64,000 bases of DNA from the NCBI GenBank assembly GCA_027339635.1, contig DAHWNZ010000004.1, forward strand, positions 12,348-76,347, read 5' to 3'. The stretch is from Candidatus Dormiibacterota bacterium (lineage in GTDB: Bacteria; Chloroflexota; Dormibacteria; Aeolococcales; Bog-877). Position numbers and translations under genes: made by a program. This document shows positions 55,990-64,000 of the stretch, piece by piece; the stretch's first letter is position 1; each line of letters opens with the position of its first letter. The notes under the pieces were generated by a model, which worked only from the letters and a program-made list of their open reading frames with translations, did not search any database and was not told where the DNA came from.

Positions 55990-57867
55990 TCAGGCGATGG
56001 AGCGCCGCCTCATGGTCGTGCCCACCACCAGCATCACGCCGCCGAGAAGGACGGCCAGCCCGGCGAGAAGGGCGGGCAGGAAGAGGTCCGCTCCCGTGTT
56101 GGGTGTGCTGGCGCCCAGCACCCCGCCCGATCCCTGGCCGGTTGTGTGCGCACCCAGCACCCCACCCGCCGGGGTGATCGTGACGGGCTCGCCGCAGGTC
56201 GTTGTCGAGTTGTTGTACTGGTCGTTGGTCGCGGTGAAGGTGACGCCCCAGTAGTAGGTTCCGGCCGCGGTCGGCGCGAAGCCGGTTCCGGGCGAGGTGA
56301 CCGTCCAGGTCTCCGCCCCGTTGGTCATGGTCGGGGTGCCAAGGGTCCCATTGCCCAGGTTCTCCACCAGGTTGGCGGCCGTGCAGGCGGGACCGGTTGT
56401 CCCAGTTGGCTGCAGGTAGAGCGCGAAGCTCACGGTGTCCGCCGGCGCCGGCTCACTCATCGCGGGGTCGTAGTAGAGCCCGGTGATGGTCGCCGTGTCG
56501 CTGAGGTGGGTTCCGACCACGCCTCCCGCGCTGGGGACCGTGGTTATCGACGGGGTTCCCGCCGCCGCCACCTGCTCACTCTGGCAGGCGCTCGTGACAG
56601 CCGGCATCGCGCCATCGTTGAGGGTCGCCTGCCACTCGTAGGGGCCGGAGGCCGGCAGGGTCACGGCGGGAGACTTGGCCATCCCCTGAGTGATGGTCTC
56701 GTCAGGGCTCGTGTAGTAGGGAGTGGTCGTGCAGCTGGTGCCCTGGTAGAGGTTGAAGGTGACGGTCGGCGCCGGGGTCGTGTCGGGCACGTTGCTCACC
56801 ATAGCGCTGTCCGAGAAGGTCCCGGTCACCGGTCCGACGCTGGGGCTGGAGGTGGTGGTGATCGTAGGAGCGTTGACGGTCACCTCCTCGGCGTTGCAGG
56901 CACTCTGCAGGGTCACCATTCCGCTCGGTGCCTGCGGGTCGGCGTAGTAGTAGTCCACCACCCAGCGGTAGGTCCCCGGGGTCATGTCCCAGCTCGGGTT
57001 CCACTTGCTCCAGACCTGGTTCGGCTGGGTGGTGGGGGGAGCCGTGACCGTGTACTCCGATGACGGGGTGAAGTGGATCGTCCCCGTGTTGCTCCAGTAG
57101 GGGATCTCCACCGACCTGAAGATGGCGGTGCTCGCCTGGCAGGTCGGGTCGTTGGGGCCGTTCAGCCAGAACTGGATCCACGGCGTCCCGGAGTCCCCGG
57201 ACGGCCAGGCGTCGACAGCGTTCACCACGGTGGCCGAGTCGGACAGGGGCTGCCCCTCGACCGCGGTCTTCGGGGTCGGGGTCGTGTTCACCGAGGGCGG
57301 CGGCGCGACCACCCAGAGCTCCTCACTGGTGCAGCTGCTCTGGTCGACGATCGCGGGCCCGTTGTCGGGCTGCCGCGAGTTGTACGTGGCGATCCAGAAG
57401 TAGGTGGTGCCGGCGGCGGTCGTGGCGGGCACCTGGTAGGCGCCGTCCGAGGCTGCCAGCGACGACACCTCCTCCGTCAGGCTGCCCGTGGTCTGCTCGC
57501 TGGCGACCGGCACGGTGGCCGTGAATACGGGAGTGAGGTTGGCCGTCACTCCGGCCGACTGTTGACTGGAGCACATCTGCATGTAGGCGGAGGTTCCCTG
57601 GTAGAGGCCGAAGGTGACGGTCCCAGGGAGGACGTAGTACCCCGCTGTGTGCTCGGTCATGGTCGCGGTGTCGTAGGCGTACTGCCCCGCCATCACGTCG
57701 TTCGACTGGGTCCCCGGGTTGGAGGCGCTCGGCATCCCGGTCGCCGTGTAGGACATGGTCGAGACCGCGTAGTCCCAGGCACCGACCACGGGGGCCAGCA
57801 TGGCGGCCCCGAGGCCCAACGCCCCTACGACCCCCACCCACCCGATCAGGCGGCGGCCCCGGGCCAT
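55990..57867 (-). CDS. Repetitive cell-surface protein (Ig/prealbumin-like modules) with C-terminal TPNTG-type anchor
   Basis: Signal peptide. Repeated modules (LSD[ST]A[TM]V ... TV[TS]F.LY ... C ... C..E.V). C-terminal STPNTGA followed by a hydrophobic helix and RRRS. Confidence 0.7.
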   Translation of the reverse strand: MARGRRLIGWVGVVGALGLGAAMLAPVVGAWDYAVSTMSYTATGMPSASNPGTQSNDVMAGQYAYDTATMTEHTAGYYVLPGTVTFGLYQGTSAYMQMCSSQQSAGVTANLTPVFTATVPVASEQTTGSLTEEVSSLAASDGAYQVPATTAAGTTYFWIATYNSRQPDNGPAIVDQSSCTSEELWVVAPPPSVNTTPTPKTAVEGQPLSDSATVVNAVDAWPSGDSGTPWIQFWLNGPNDPTCQASTAIFRSVEIPYWSNTGTIHFTPSSEYTVTAPPTTQPNQVWSKWNPSWDMTPGTYRWVVDYYYADPQAPSGMVTLQSACNAEEVTVNAPTITTTSSPSVGPVTGTFSDSAMVSNVPDTTPAPTVTFNLYQGTSCTTTPYYTSPDETITQGMAKSPAVTLPASGPYEWQATLNDGAMPAVTSACQSEQVAAAGTPSITTVPSAGGVVGTHLSDTATITGLYYDPAMSEPAPADTVSFALYLQPTGTTGPACTAANLVENLGNGTLGTPTMTNGAETWTVTSPGTGFAPTAAGTYYWGVTFTATNDQYNNSTTTCGEPVTITPAGGVLGAHTTGQGSGGVLGASTPNTGADLFLPALLAGLAVLLGGVMLVVGTTMRRRSIA

Positions 57868-58453
57868 CAACCCGCGCTGAGTCCGCTCACGTTGTCTCAA
57901 CTGTCTCCTCCACACTTGATGTGCTGAGCCGCTCCTTCCCGGCCGACCCAGCACTCCCTTCCGATCCTTGGGTTCCTTTGGATTCCTGCCCCGCTGTACA
58001 CGGTCCCCGCCTGAGCCCCGCCCCGCTGGGGCCAGGGCCAGCCCGGGATCACCGACCTTCCTCGGCAGCCCTCACCCAACTCGGGGCAACCAGATCCTGC
58101 CGATTCACGGTGAAGCTACTGTAACCGGTGCGTGACAGCCTGTGAAGAGGGGTGGCGAACTCCTGTAGACGTCGTAACTCGATAGTTACAGAAAAGTGAG
58201 CCGCCACACCCGTGGAAGGGTGGGCGCGCCCGACCACAGCCGGGATCCGATCTCAGCCGCTCGTCGCCTGCGCCGCCACGGGCCAGTAGACCCATGAACG
58301 CTGCCGCCGGCGACCCACGCTCTCGTCTTCAAGTGTGACTTCAGTCGGCTGTGACAGGTGGTGACAGCGCTCAGGGCCGGAGCGGGGCGCCGGCACGGCG
58401 ACGCCCGCGGCGCCTCTCCCGGGCCGGGCATGGGGATGCCGCTTGATAGGATC

Positions 58454-59791
58454 ATGAACATGGGCAAGGGTGAAGCCGGGGTTGGTTCGCTGGCCGCTGA
58501 GGCGCCCCCGCTTTCCACCTACTTCCTGGACAACGGCCTGGAGGTCGTCCTGAGCCCGGAGCGGTCCTCTCCCACGATTGGGGTGGGAGTCTTCTACCGA
58601 GCCGGGTTTCGCTTAGAGCCCGAGGGGCGCACGGGGTTCGCCCACCTCTTCGAGCACCTCATGTTCCAGGGCACCTCCAAGGTGCCCAAGCCCCACTTCG
58701 GCAATCTGATCAACTCCGCGGGGGGCCTGCTCAACGGCTTCACCCGCCACGACTACACCGCCTACTTCGAGGTGCTGCCCTCATCCGCCCTGGAGATGGC
58801 GTGTTACCTCGAAGGGGACCGGATGCGCTTCCTCGACATCAACGACGAGACGCTGCGCAACCAGGTGGACGTGGTCAAGGAGGAGGTGAGGGTCAATGTC
58901 CTAAACCAGCCGTACGGGGGCTTCTCCTGGCTCTGGCTTTCCCAGTACGCCTACTCGACGTTCCCCAACAACCACAATTACTATGGCGAGTTCTCGGATC
59001 TGGAAGCGGCCACGGTCGAGGACGCCCGAGAGTTCTACAGGACCTGGTACGGGCCCGGAAACGCAACCCTGGTGCTGGTCGGAGACTTCGACGAGACGGT
59101 GGCACGCGAACTGGTGCAACGCCACCTCGGCCCAGTGGAGAGCCGCGAGCGACCCCATCACCCGACCCTGGACGAGTCCCTGCCTCAGAGCAGGCGGGAG
59201 TTCCACCACACCGATCCTCTAGCCCCCACGCCCCAGGTGGCGGTGGGATACCCGACCGCTCCGTTCGGCCACCAGGACCACCTGCCCCTGGCTCTCGCCG
59301 CCCGACTGCTGACCGACGGCGCGTCCTCGCGCCTGCAGCGAGCGCTGGTTCAAGAGCGGCAGCTTCTCCTGCACATCGGCGGGGGGCCCCACTACCCCAT
59401 CGGAGACTCCTTCGAGTTCGCCGGGCCAGCGCTCTTCACCTTCGAAGCCACGCCGCGACCAGGGGTGTCCACCGATGAGGCGGTCAGCGCTCTGGACGAG
59501 GAGCTGGCGAAGCTCGCGGACCAGGGCCCCTCGGACCCGGAGCTGGAGCGGGCCAGGAGGCGGGAGCTCAGCGCCTACCACGCCAACAACGACAGCAGGC
59601 TCGGCAGGCTGCGCGAGCTGGGGATCATGGCGGCGGTGCACCGCGCGCCCCAACTGGTGGACGAATTGCCGGAGAGGTTCTCCCAGGTGACCCCGGAGGA
59701 CGTGGCTCGCTCCGTCCGCTCCTGGTTGCGCCAGGAGACCTCCAGCGTCCTGCACTGGGAGTGCTCCGGTAGCGGGGGACCGGGAAGGTGA
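58454..59791 (+). CDS. M16-family zinc peptidase (active subunit)
   Basis: Inverted zinc motif HLFEHLMFQG (HxxEH). Start is uncertain (in-frame ATGs at 58430, 58454, 58460). Confidence 0.82.
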   Translation: MNMGKGEAGVGSLAAEAPPLSTYFLDNGLEVVLSPERSSPTIGVGVFYRAGFRLEPEGRTGFAHLFEHLMFQGTSKVPKPHFGNLINSAGGLLNGFTRHDYTAYFEVLPSSALEMACYLEGDRMRFLDINDETLRNQVDVVKEEVRVNVLNQPYGGFSWLWLSQYAYSTFPNNHNYYGEFSDLEAATVEDAREFYRTWYGPGNATLVLVGDFDETVARELVQRHLGPVESRERPHHPTLDESLPQSRREFHHTDPLAPTPQVAVGYPTAPFGHQDHLPLALAARLLTDGASSRLQRALVQERQLLLHIGGGPHYPIGDSFEFAGPALFTFEATPRPGVSTDEAVSALDEELAKLADQGPSDPELERARRRELSAYHANNDSRLGRLRELGIMAAVHRAPQLVDELPERFSQVTPEDVARSVRSWLRQETSSVLHWECSGSGGPGR

Positions 59792-61149
59792 ACGGCCAAC
59801 ACCAGGTGCCTCTGCTGGCGGAGGAGGTGCCGAAGCCGCATTCCGTGCCCCCCTTGCACATCGGCGGGGTCTCCCGGGCCCGGCTTGACAACGGGGTGGA
59901 CCTGATGGTGGTCCGCAGGCCCAGCGTCCCGCGCCTTGAGTTTCGCTTGACGGTGCCGGCTGGCGCCGCCCTCGGCCCATCCGCCGCGGTGTCCGAGCTG
60001 CTGGCCATGGGACTCCCGCTGGGCACTGCGTCCATGGACCAGGCGGAGCTGTCGGAGCGGATTCAAGATCTCGGCGGATCGCTTCAGGTGCACCAGGACC
60101 AGGACAGCCTGGTCGTTCAGGCAGCTGCGCTGGCCGAGGCGGAGGAGGATCTCTACACCCTGCTGGCGGAGGTGGTCCAGGCACCAGCCTTCCCCGCAGA
60201 GGATCTGGCCACCGAGAGGGCCAAGTTGCTCGAGGGGCTGCGTATGGCCAGGGCCACACCCCACTTCCCGGCTTCTGAGGCGCTGCAGCACGCGGTGTAC
60301 GGGGACCACCCCTATGGAAGGCCCGAGCCCGGAGACACAGCGGTGAGGCGGACGGGGCGGCAGGCACTGCTCGACTTCCACCACCAGAGCTTCACGCCGT
60401 GGGCTGCCCAGATCACGGTGGTGGGGGCGGTGGAGCAGAGACGCACCGTGGCGCGGTTGCGGCGAGCCTTCGGGGACTGGAGCGGCCCCAAGCGCGTGGT
60501 CAGGGCTCCACGGGTGCGCGCTCTCCCAGCCGGCGACCTGCAGTTCATCGAAAGGCCGGGATCGGTCCAGACAGTCGTGATGAGTGCGCGCAGCGGACCC
60601 AGCCATGGGCACCCGGACCACGTACCCCTCACCCTGGCGACGGCCGTCCTCGGAGGGGGCTTCACCTCCCGGATGATGAACAACCTGCGCGAGGACAAGG
60701 GCTACACCTACAGCCCCCACGCCCGTCTCGAGAACCATCTCCGAGACGGGCTGGCCACGGCCACCATGGACGTTCGCAATGAGGTGACCGGCGCCGCCTA
60801 CGCCGAGCTGCTGTACGAGCTGGCGCGGCTTTGCACGTCGGAGGTACCGGCCGACGAGCTGGAAACGACCAAGAGCTACCTGGCCGGGGTGCGCGTCATC
60901 ATGCTGCAGACCCAGGCTGGACTGGCCAGTTCCCTCGCCCAGATCCGTGTCCACGGCCTGGATCACCACTACCTGGAGCGCTATTCCAAGCAGCTGCAGT
61001 CAACGACCGCGGGCGAGGTTATGCAAGCCGCCAGGCGCTATCTGGCGCCGACCGAGGTGACCACCGTGATGGTCGGAGATCCCGGTGCCAGTGAGGGGCT
61101 GGCCGCCCTCGGTCCAGTCCAGGTGCGCCGCACGACCAGGGTCAGGTAG
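59788..61149 (+). CDS. M16-family peptidase, non-catalytic partner subunit
   Basis: M16 fold but no HxxEH (the equivalent region reads VSELLAMGL). GTG start overlaps the upstream stop (GTGA). Confidence 0.78.
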   Translation: MNGQHQVPLLAEEVPKPHSVPPLHIGGVSRARLDNGVDLMVVRRPSVPRLEFRLTVPAGAALGPSAAVSELLAMGLPLGTASMDQAELSERIQDLGGSLQVHQDQDSLVVQAAALAEAEEDLYTLLAEVVQAPAFPAEDLATERAKLLEGLRMARATPHFPASEALQHAVYGDHPYGRPEPGDTAVRRTGRQALLDFHHQSFTPWAAQITVVGAVEQRRTVARLRRAFGDWSGPKRVVRAPRVRALPAGDLQFIERPGSVQTVVMSARSGPSHGHPDHVPLTLATAVLGGGFTSRMMNNLREDKGYTYSPHARLENHLRDGLATATMDVRNEVTGAAYAELLYELARLCTSEVPADELETTKSYLAGVRVIMLQTQAGLASSLAQIRVHGLDHHYLERYSKQLQSTTAGEVMQAARRYLAPTEVTTVMVGDPGASEGLAALGPVQVRRTTRVR

Positions 61150-61722
61150 CCCCGTTCGGGTGGTCCACCCGCGAGGCCCGGGGCCGGACTGGAGCCAGCG
61201 CTCGGTGACCTTGGGGGTGTGACGGAAACAGCAGCTGCAAGAAGTTCGAGAGGTGGTAGAGCCTGGGGTTGGCAACCCTGAGCCGTCCGCCACCGGCAAG
61301 CTGCAGTAGGGCCACCTCACCACAACGCGGCAAAGGTGAGGCTCCGCCGCTGAGTGAGTTGACACGGACTCCCATCGGGGCCAGCAAAGGAGTAGCTTGC
61401 GGCGAAGCCGCCGCGGCCGCAGCCGCATCCGTGGAACGATGCCCGGGCGTCCAAGCCCGGCCCTTGGCAACGAAAGCCGAACAGCCGTACTGGCTCAGTC
61501 TGGCCAAGCGCCGCTGGCTAGGGCATCCCAGTTCCCGACTATGGGCGACCCTGCGTGAGGTTGCGGGGGATCCCGCCGAGAGGTCTCTCACCGGGTGGAC
61601 CACTCCGGCTAACACCCCTTGGCCGGTCTTCGCTCCGCCAGTGGCGCCCTAGCGAAGGCAAGTCCGCCCGCGTCGATAGCCCGAGACCCACACTGCCAAC
61701 CCTAAGCGGCGGCCCATCGTCG

Positions 61723-63699
61723 TTAACTCCCGAAGGAGTAGTCCTGCGGGTAAATGATGTCGAACACATCCTGCGGGACCAGGCCCTTGAGGTTGCTCTT
61801 GTACATGGTGAACTGCAGCGGCACGTCCGGGAGGAAGAGGACCGGAAGGTTGCGGGCTAGGTAGTCTTGATAATTGAACAGCGCCTTGGTCTCCGATGCG
61901 GCGGAGCCGGCGACGTGGGTCTCATGGATATTGGCGTCGTTGATGGTGCTGGAGTAGTCTCCCCCATTGCTGGAGGAGCCGGTGGCGAACAGTTCGCCGC
62001 CGGTGGGAAGGTAGTCCGGGGAATAGGTCCAGGAGATACCCGCCACCATGGTCCAACTCCGGCAGGGATTGACGTAGCTGCAGCTGTTGAACATGGTGCT
62101 GATCACCTGGTTGAAGGGAGCCTGCGAGATGGTCACATCGATTCCCGCATGAAGCTTCCAGGTCGACTGGAGCGCCTCCATTTCGTTGGTAGTGGTGACG
62201 CTCCCGCTCGTCACCAGCAAGGGTAGGCTCGCAGTTTCGCGCAGGCTGATTCCGGCCCCGCACTCACCCGCTCCCGTCCCCGGGTGGGCGCAGTAGCTGG
62301 ATCCACCAGGCTCCACGTTCCAGCCGTGTTCGCGGAGCAGGGTGACTGCCGCAGTCGGAGAGTACGGATAGATCAAGCTCTTGGCCTCGAGGGGACTCTC
62401 ATCGGCATTGCCCGGGGGGTAGGTGGGCACTGGGCCGTTCTCAAGATTGCCATACCCCGCATCGAAGTCCTTGATGTCCTGGGGTTGGTTTATGAGCGAC
62501 TGCAGCACCTGACGGAAGTACGCCTGGCGTAGTAGGGGCCCACTGGTGGGATTGGTGAAGTTGAGCGGCATGTAAACGAATCCGAACCCGTACCAGGGCG
62601 CAAAGGAATAACTTTGGCTGCGCTCCAACGAAGCCTTCTGGGGCAGGTCTTGCACGGGCATGTAGCCGATGGTCAGGCTACCTGTGCGCAGGGCGTTGAA
62701 CTCCGCCGTGTCACTGGTGAACGGCTCTTCGACAAATGCAGAGATTGTCGGCTTGGGGCTGCCAGAGTAGTTCTTGTTGGGCGTCATCTTCACATAGCCG
62801 GAGGATGTGTACTGACTGAGGTGGAAGGGGCCATCGACCACCTGCCACAGCGGGTTGGTGTCGTAGCTGGCTGAGTTCTCAGACTGGCTGTTCAGGAACT
62901 GTGCGACCCCGAGGGCCCCACTGGTGCCGGTGCCCGGATTGGCGGGAAGGTACGAGTTGGCGGGCAGGCCGGCCGAGGCTGGCGCGAGCACACGAGCCTC
63001 AGCCGAGGCGTCGTAGTTGCCGACCGCGCCACCGGCAGCTAGCTTGTCCCAGGCGAAGCGGGGCAACGGGAATACCTGGCTCAGCTCGTTGTAGAGGAAC
63101 CATGTTGGGTTGTAGGACGCGTTGAGCTTCATGGTCAGACTGTAGGTACCGGTGGCCGCATAGGAGATCACATTCTCGGGAAAACCACCGGCGACGGCCG
63201 CTCCCCAGCCCGGTCCCGGCGAGGTCGTGCTCCCGATCACCGGCGCTTGGGGATCGGTGGCAGCGCTGAGAAGGTTCAGCCACATGACCACGTCCCGGGC
63301 CGTGATCGGGTGGCCCGTCGACCACTGCCAATGCTTGAGGGAGATGTTCACCACGGTGTTGCCGTCGCTGAACGTGGGGACGTTCGCAATGCTGAGCTGG
63401 CGGTTGAGTACCGGTTGGCCGTGGTCTCCGAACCAGTAGAGAGGCAGGAAGAACTCATTGGAGAATTGGTAGAGATTCTGGTTCCCAAAATAGGCGCCAG
63501 GCATCATCGGGAAAATGTAAGTTGGGGTATCGGCAGGCAACTCGGCGAAGGTGACGGTGCCTCCATGGGTGGTGTGGGCTGTGGCGCTGTTGCCACACGC
63601 GCTCATGAGCAGCGCAGCCGCCAATACCACGGTGGCCAGACGGCCCGCCGCAGGCAGATGTGCTCTCCAGCCCGCCGAATGCCCCCGCACCCTCAGCAT
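61723..63699 (-). CDS. ABC transporter substrate-binding lipoprotein (family 5, peptide/nickel type)
   Basis: Lipobox LLMSACG. About 650 aa with family-5 SBP architecture (WSTGHPITARDV, NYSGSPKP). Confidence 0.75.
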   Translation of the reverse strand: MLRVRGHSAGWRAHLPAAGRLATVVLAAALLMSACGNSATAHTTHGGTVTFAELPADTPTYIFPMMPGAYFGNQNLYQFSNEFFLPLYWFGDHGQPVLNRQLSIANVPTFSDGNTVVNISLKHWQWSTGHPITARDVVMWLNLLSAATDPQAPVIGSTTSPGPGWGAAVAGGFPENVISYAATGTYSLTMKLNASYNPTWFLYNELSQVFPLPRFAWDKLAAGGAVGNYDASAEARVLAPASAGLPANSYLPANPGTGTSGALGVAQFLNSQSENSASYDTNPLWQVVDGPFHLSQYTSSGYVKMTPNKNYSGSPKPTISAFVEEPFTSDTAEFNALRTGSLTIGYMPVQDLPQKASLERSQSYSFAPWYGFGFVYMPLNFTNPTSGPLLRQAYFRQVLQSLINQPQDIKDFDAGYGNLENGPVPTYPPGNADESPLEAKSLIYPYSPTAAVTLLREHGWNVEPGGSSYCAHPGTGAGECGAGISLRETASLPLLVTSGSVTTTNEMEALQSTWKLHAGIDVTISQAPFNQVISTMFNSCSYVNPCRSWTMVAGISWTYSPDYLPTGGELFATGSSSNGGDYSSTINDANIHETHVAGSAASETKALFNYQDYLARNLPVLFLPDVPLQFTMYKSNLKGLVPQDVFDIIYPQDYSFGS

Positions 63700-64000
63700 T
63701 CGCGGATGGTAGCAGAAGTCCCGCGCGAAAACCATCCCCCTAAGGATCGATGGCCGAAGTTGCGGTGGGCCCGAAGAGCCGGCTCAGATGCGCTCGGTGC
63801 AACAATTCCGGGGAAGCGACAGCGCTTGCATCCACCAAGCGGCCACCGATGTCGACCTCTGCGCGGTCCATGGAGGCCCCGAAATGCTGGGTATTGGCGG
63901 CCCGACTCGCCACCGCCGTCCTAGCGCCCTATGGTCTCGATGACTGTTCCCGTAACAGTTGGGCGCCCCGCCATCGGATGAGCGCCAAGGCCTGGCGCAG

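Noticed and set aside
59219-60969. Long - strand ORFs (382 aa and 464 aa) across the M16 peptidase pair
   Set aside because: They are antisense to genes with the HxxEH motif and M16 fold. They are Pro/Arg/Gly-rich, so they are shadow ORFs.
61150-61722. RNase P, tmRNA or SRP RNA identity for the 573-nt gap
   Set aside because: I checked both strands by eye. GGAACGATGCCCGGGCGTCCAAG only loosely resembles CR-I. There is no ACAGAACCCGGC, no tRNA-like T-arm or acceptor with CCA, no plausible tag peptide and no SRP GGAA/AGCA domain IV. It is kept only as an unclassified candidate.
63929-64000. Possible 3' end (23 codons, LRQALALIRWRGAQLLREQSSRP-stop) of a - strand gene entering from the right edge
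   Set aside because: It is too short to support a call, and its third-position bias is weak.
1-64000. CRISPR arrays, rRNA genes, additional tRNAs, intact prophage or integrase, toxin-antitoxin pairs, reverse transcriptases
   Set aside because: I found no regularly spaced direct repeats. The only GGTTCGAA-type T-arm is at 5811-5830. No ORF has integrase, RT, Cas or classic TA motifs.

Overview
High-GC bacterial chromosomal window. Gene content (DUF6457, an MrfA/MrfB-like pair, a GGRRHY-type hydrophobic peptide) suggests an Actinomycetota-like organism, but I cannot verify this. I count about 55 credible protein genes and one tRNA-Gly(GCC). I found no rRNA, CRISPR array, intact prophage or recognisable defence island. 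Blocks: (1) 1-4.2 kb: a c-di-GMP sensor enzyme and a CrtI-like flavoprotein. (2) 4.3-5.9 kb: decayed mobile DNA (IS21 istB with two in-frame stops, a DUF4338 fragment) abutting the 3' end of tRNA-Gly. (3) 6.3-12 kb: a visibly lower-GC segment with two secreted/membrane hypotheticals, a 775-nt non-coding leader, a translationally coupled dsrE-tusA-sqr-like sulfur module and a DUF3494 ice-binding-family protein. (4) 12.8-23.4 kb: regulators, transporters and an MrfA/MrfB-like helicase-exonuclease pair. (5) 25.9-42.3 kb: a molybdoenzyme hub. It holds fdhD-mobA-DUF6457, moeA and hppD, plus a complete form-I-type aerobic CO dehydrogenase cluster (coxMSL, an XdhC-YHS fusion, coxD, coxE, a membrane protein) with divergent xdhC-mocA-coxG. 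(6) 42.6-64 kb: S53 peptidase, an arginase-family enzyme, an L,D-transpeptidase, phosphoketolase-acetate kinase, TldD/PmbA, a repetitive surface protein, an M16 peptidase pair and an ABC substrate-binding protein. Most worth a second look: the 573-nt helix-rich, ORF-poor gap at 61150-61722; the long leader upstream of the sulfur module; the mobA start anomaly, where the nucleotide-binding motif lies upstream of the only canonical start codon; and the XdhC-YHS fusion inside the cox operon. I found no convincing new multi-gene system. All family calls are by eye from motifs, with no database search, so starts and functions are provisional.
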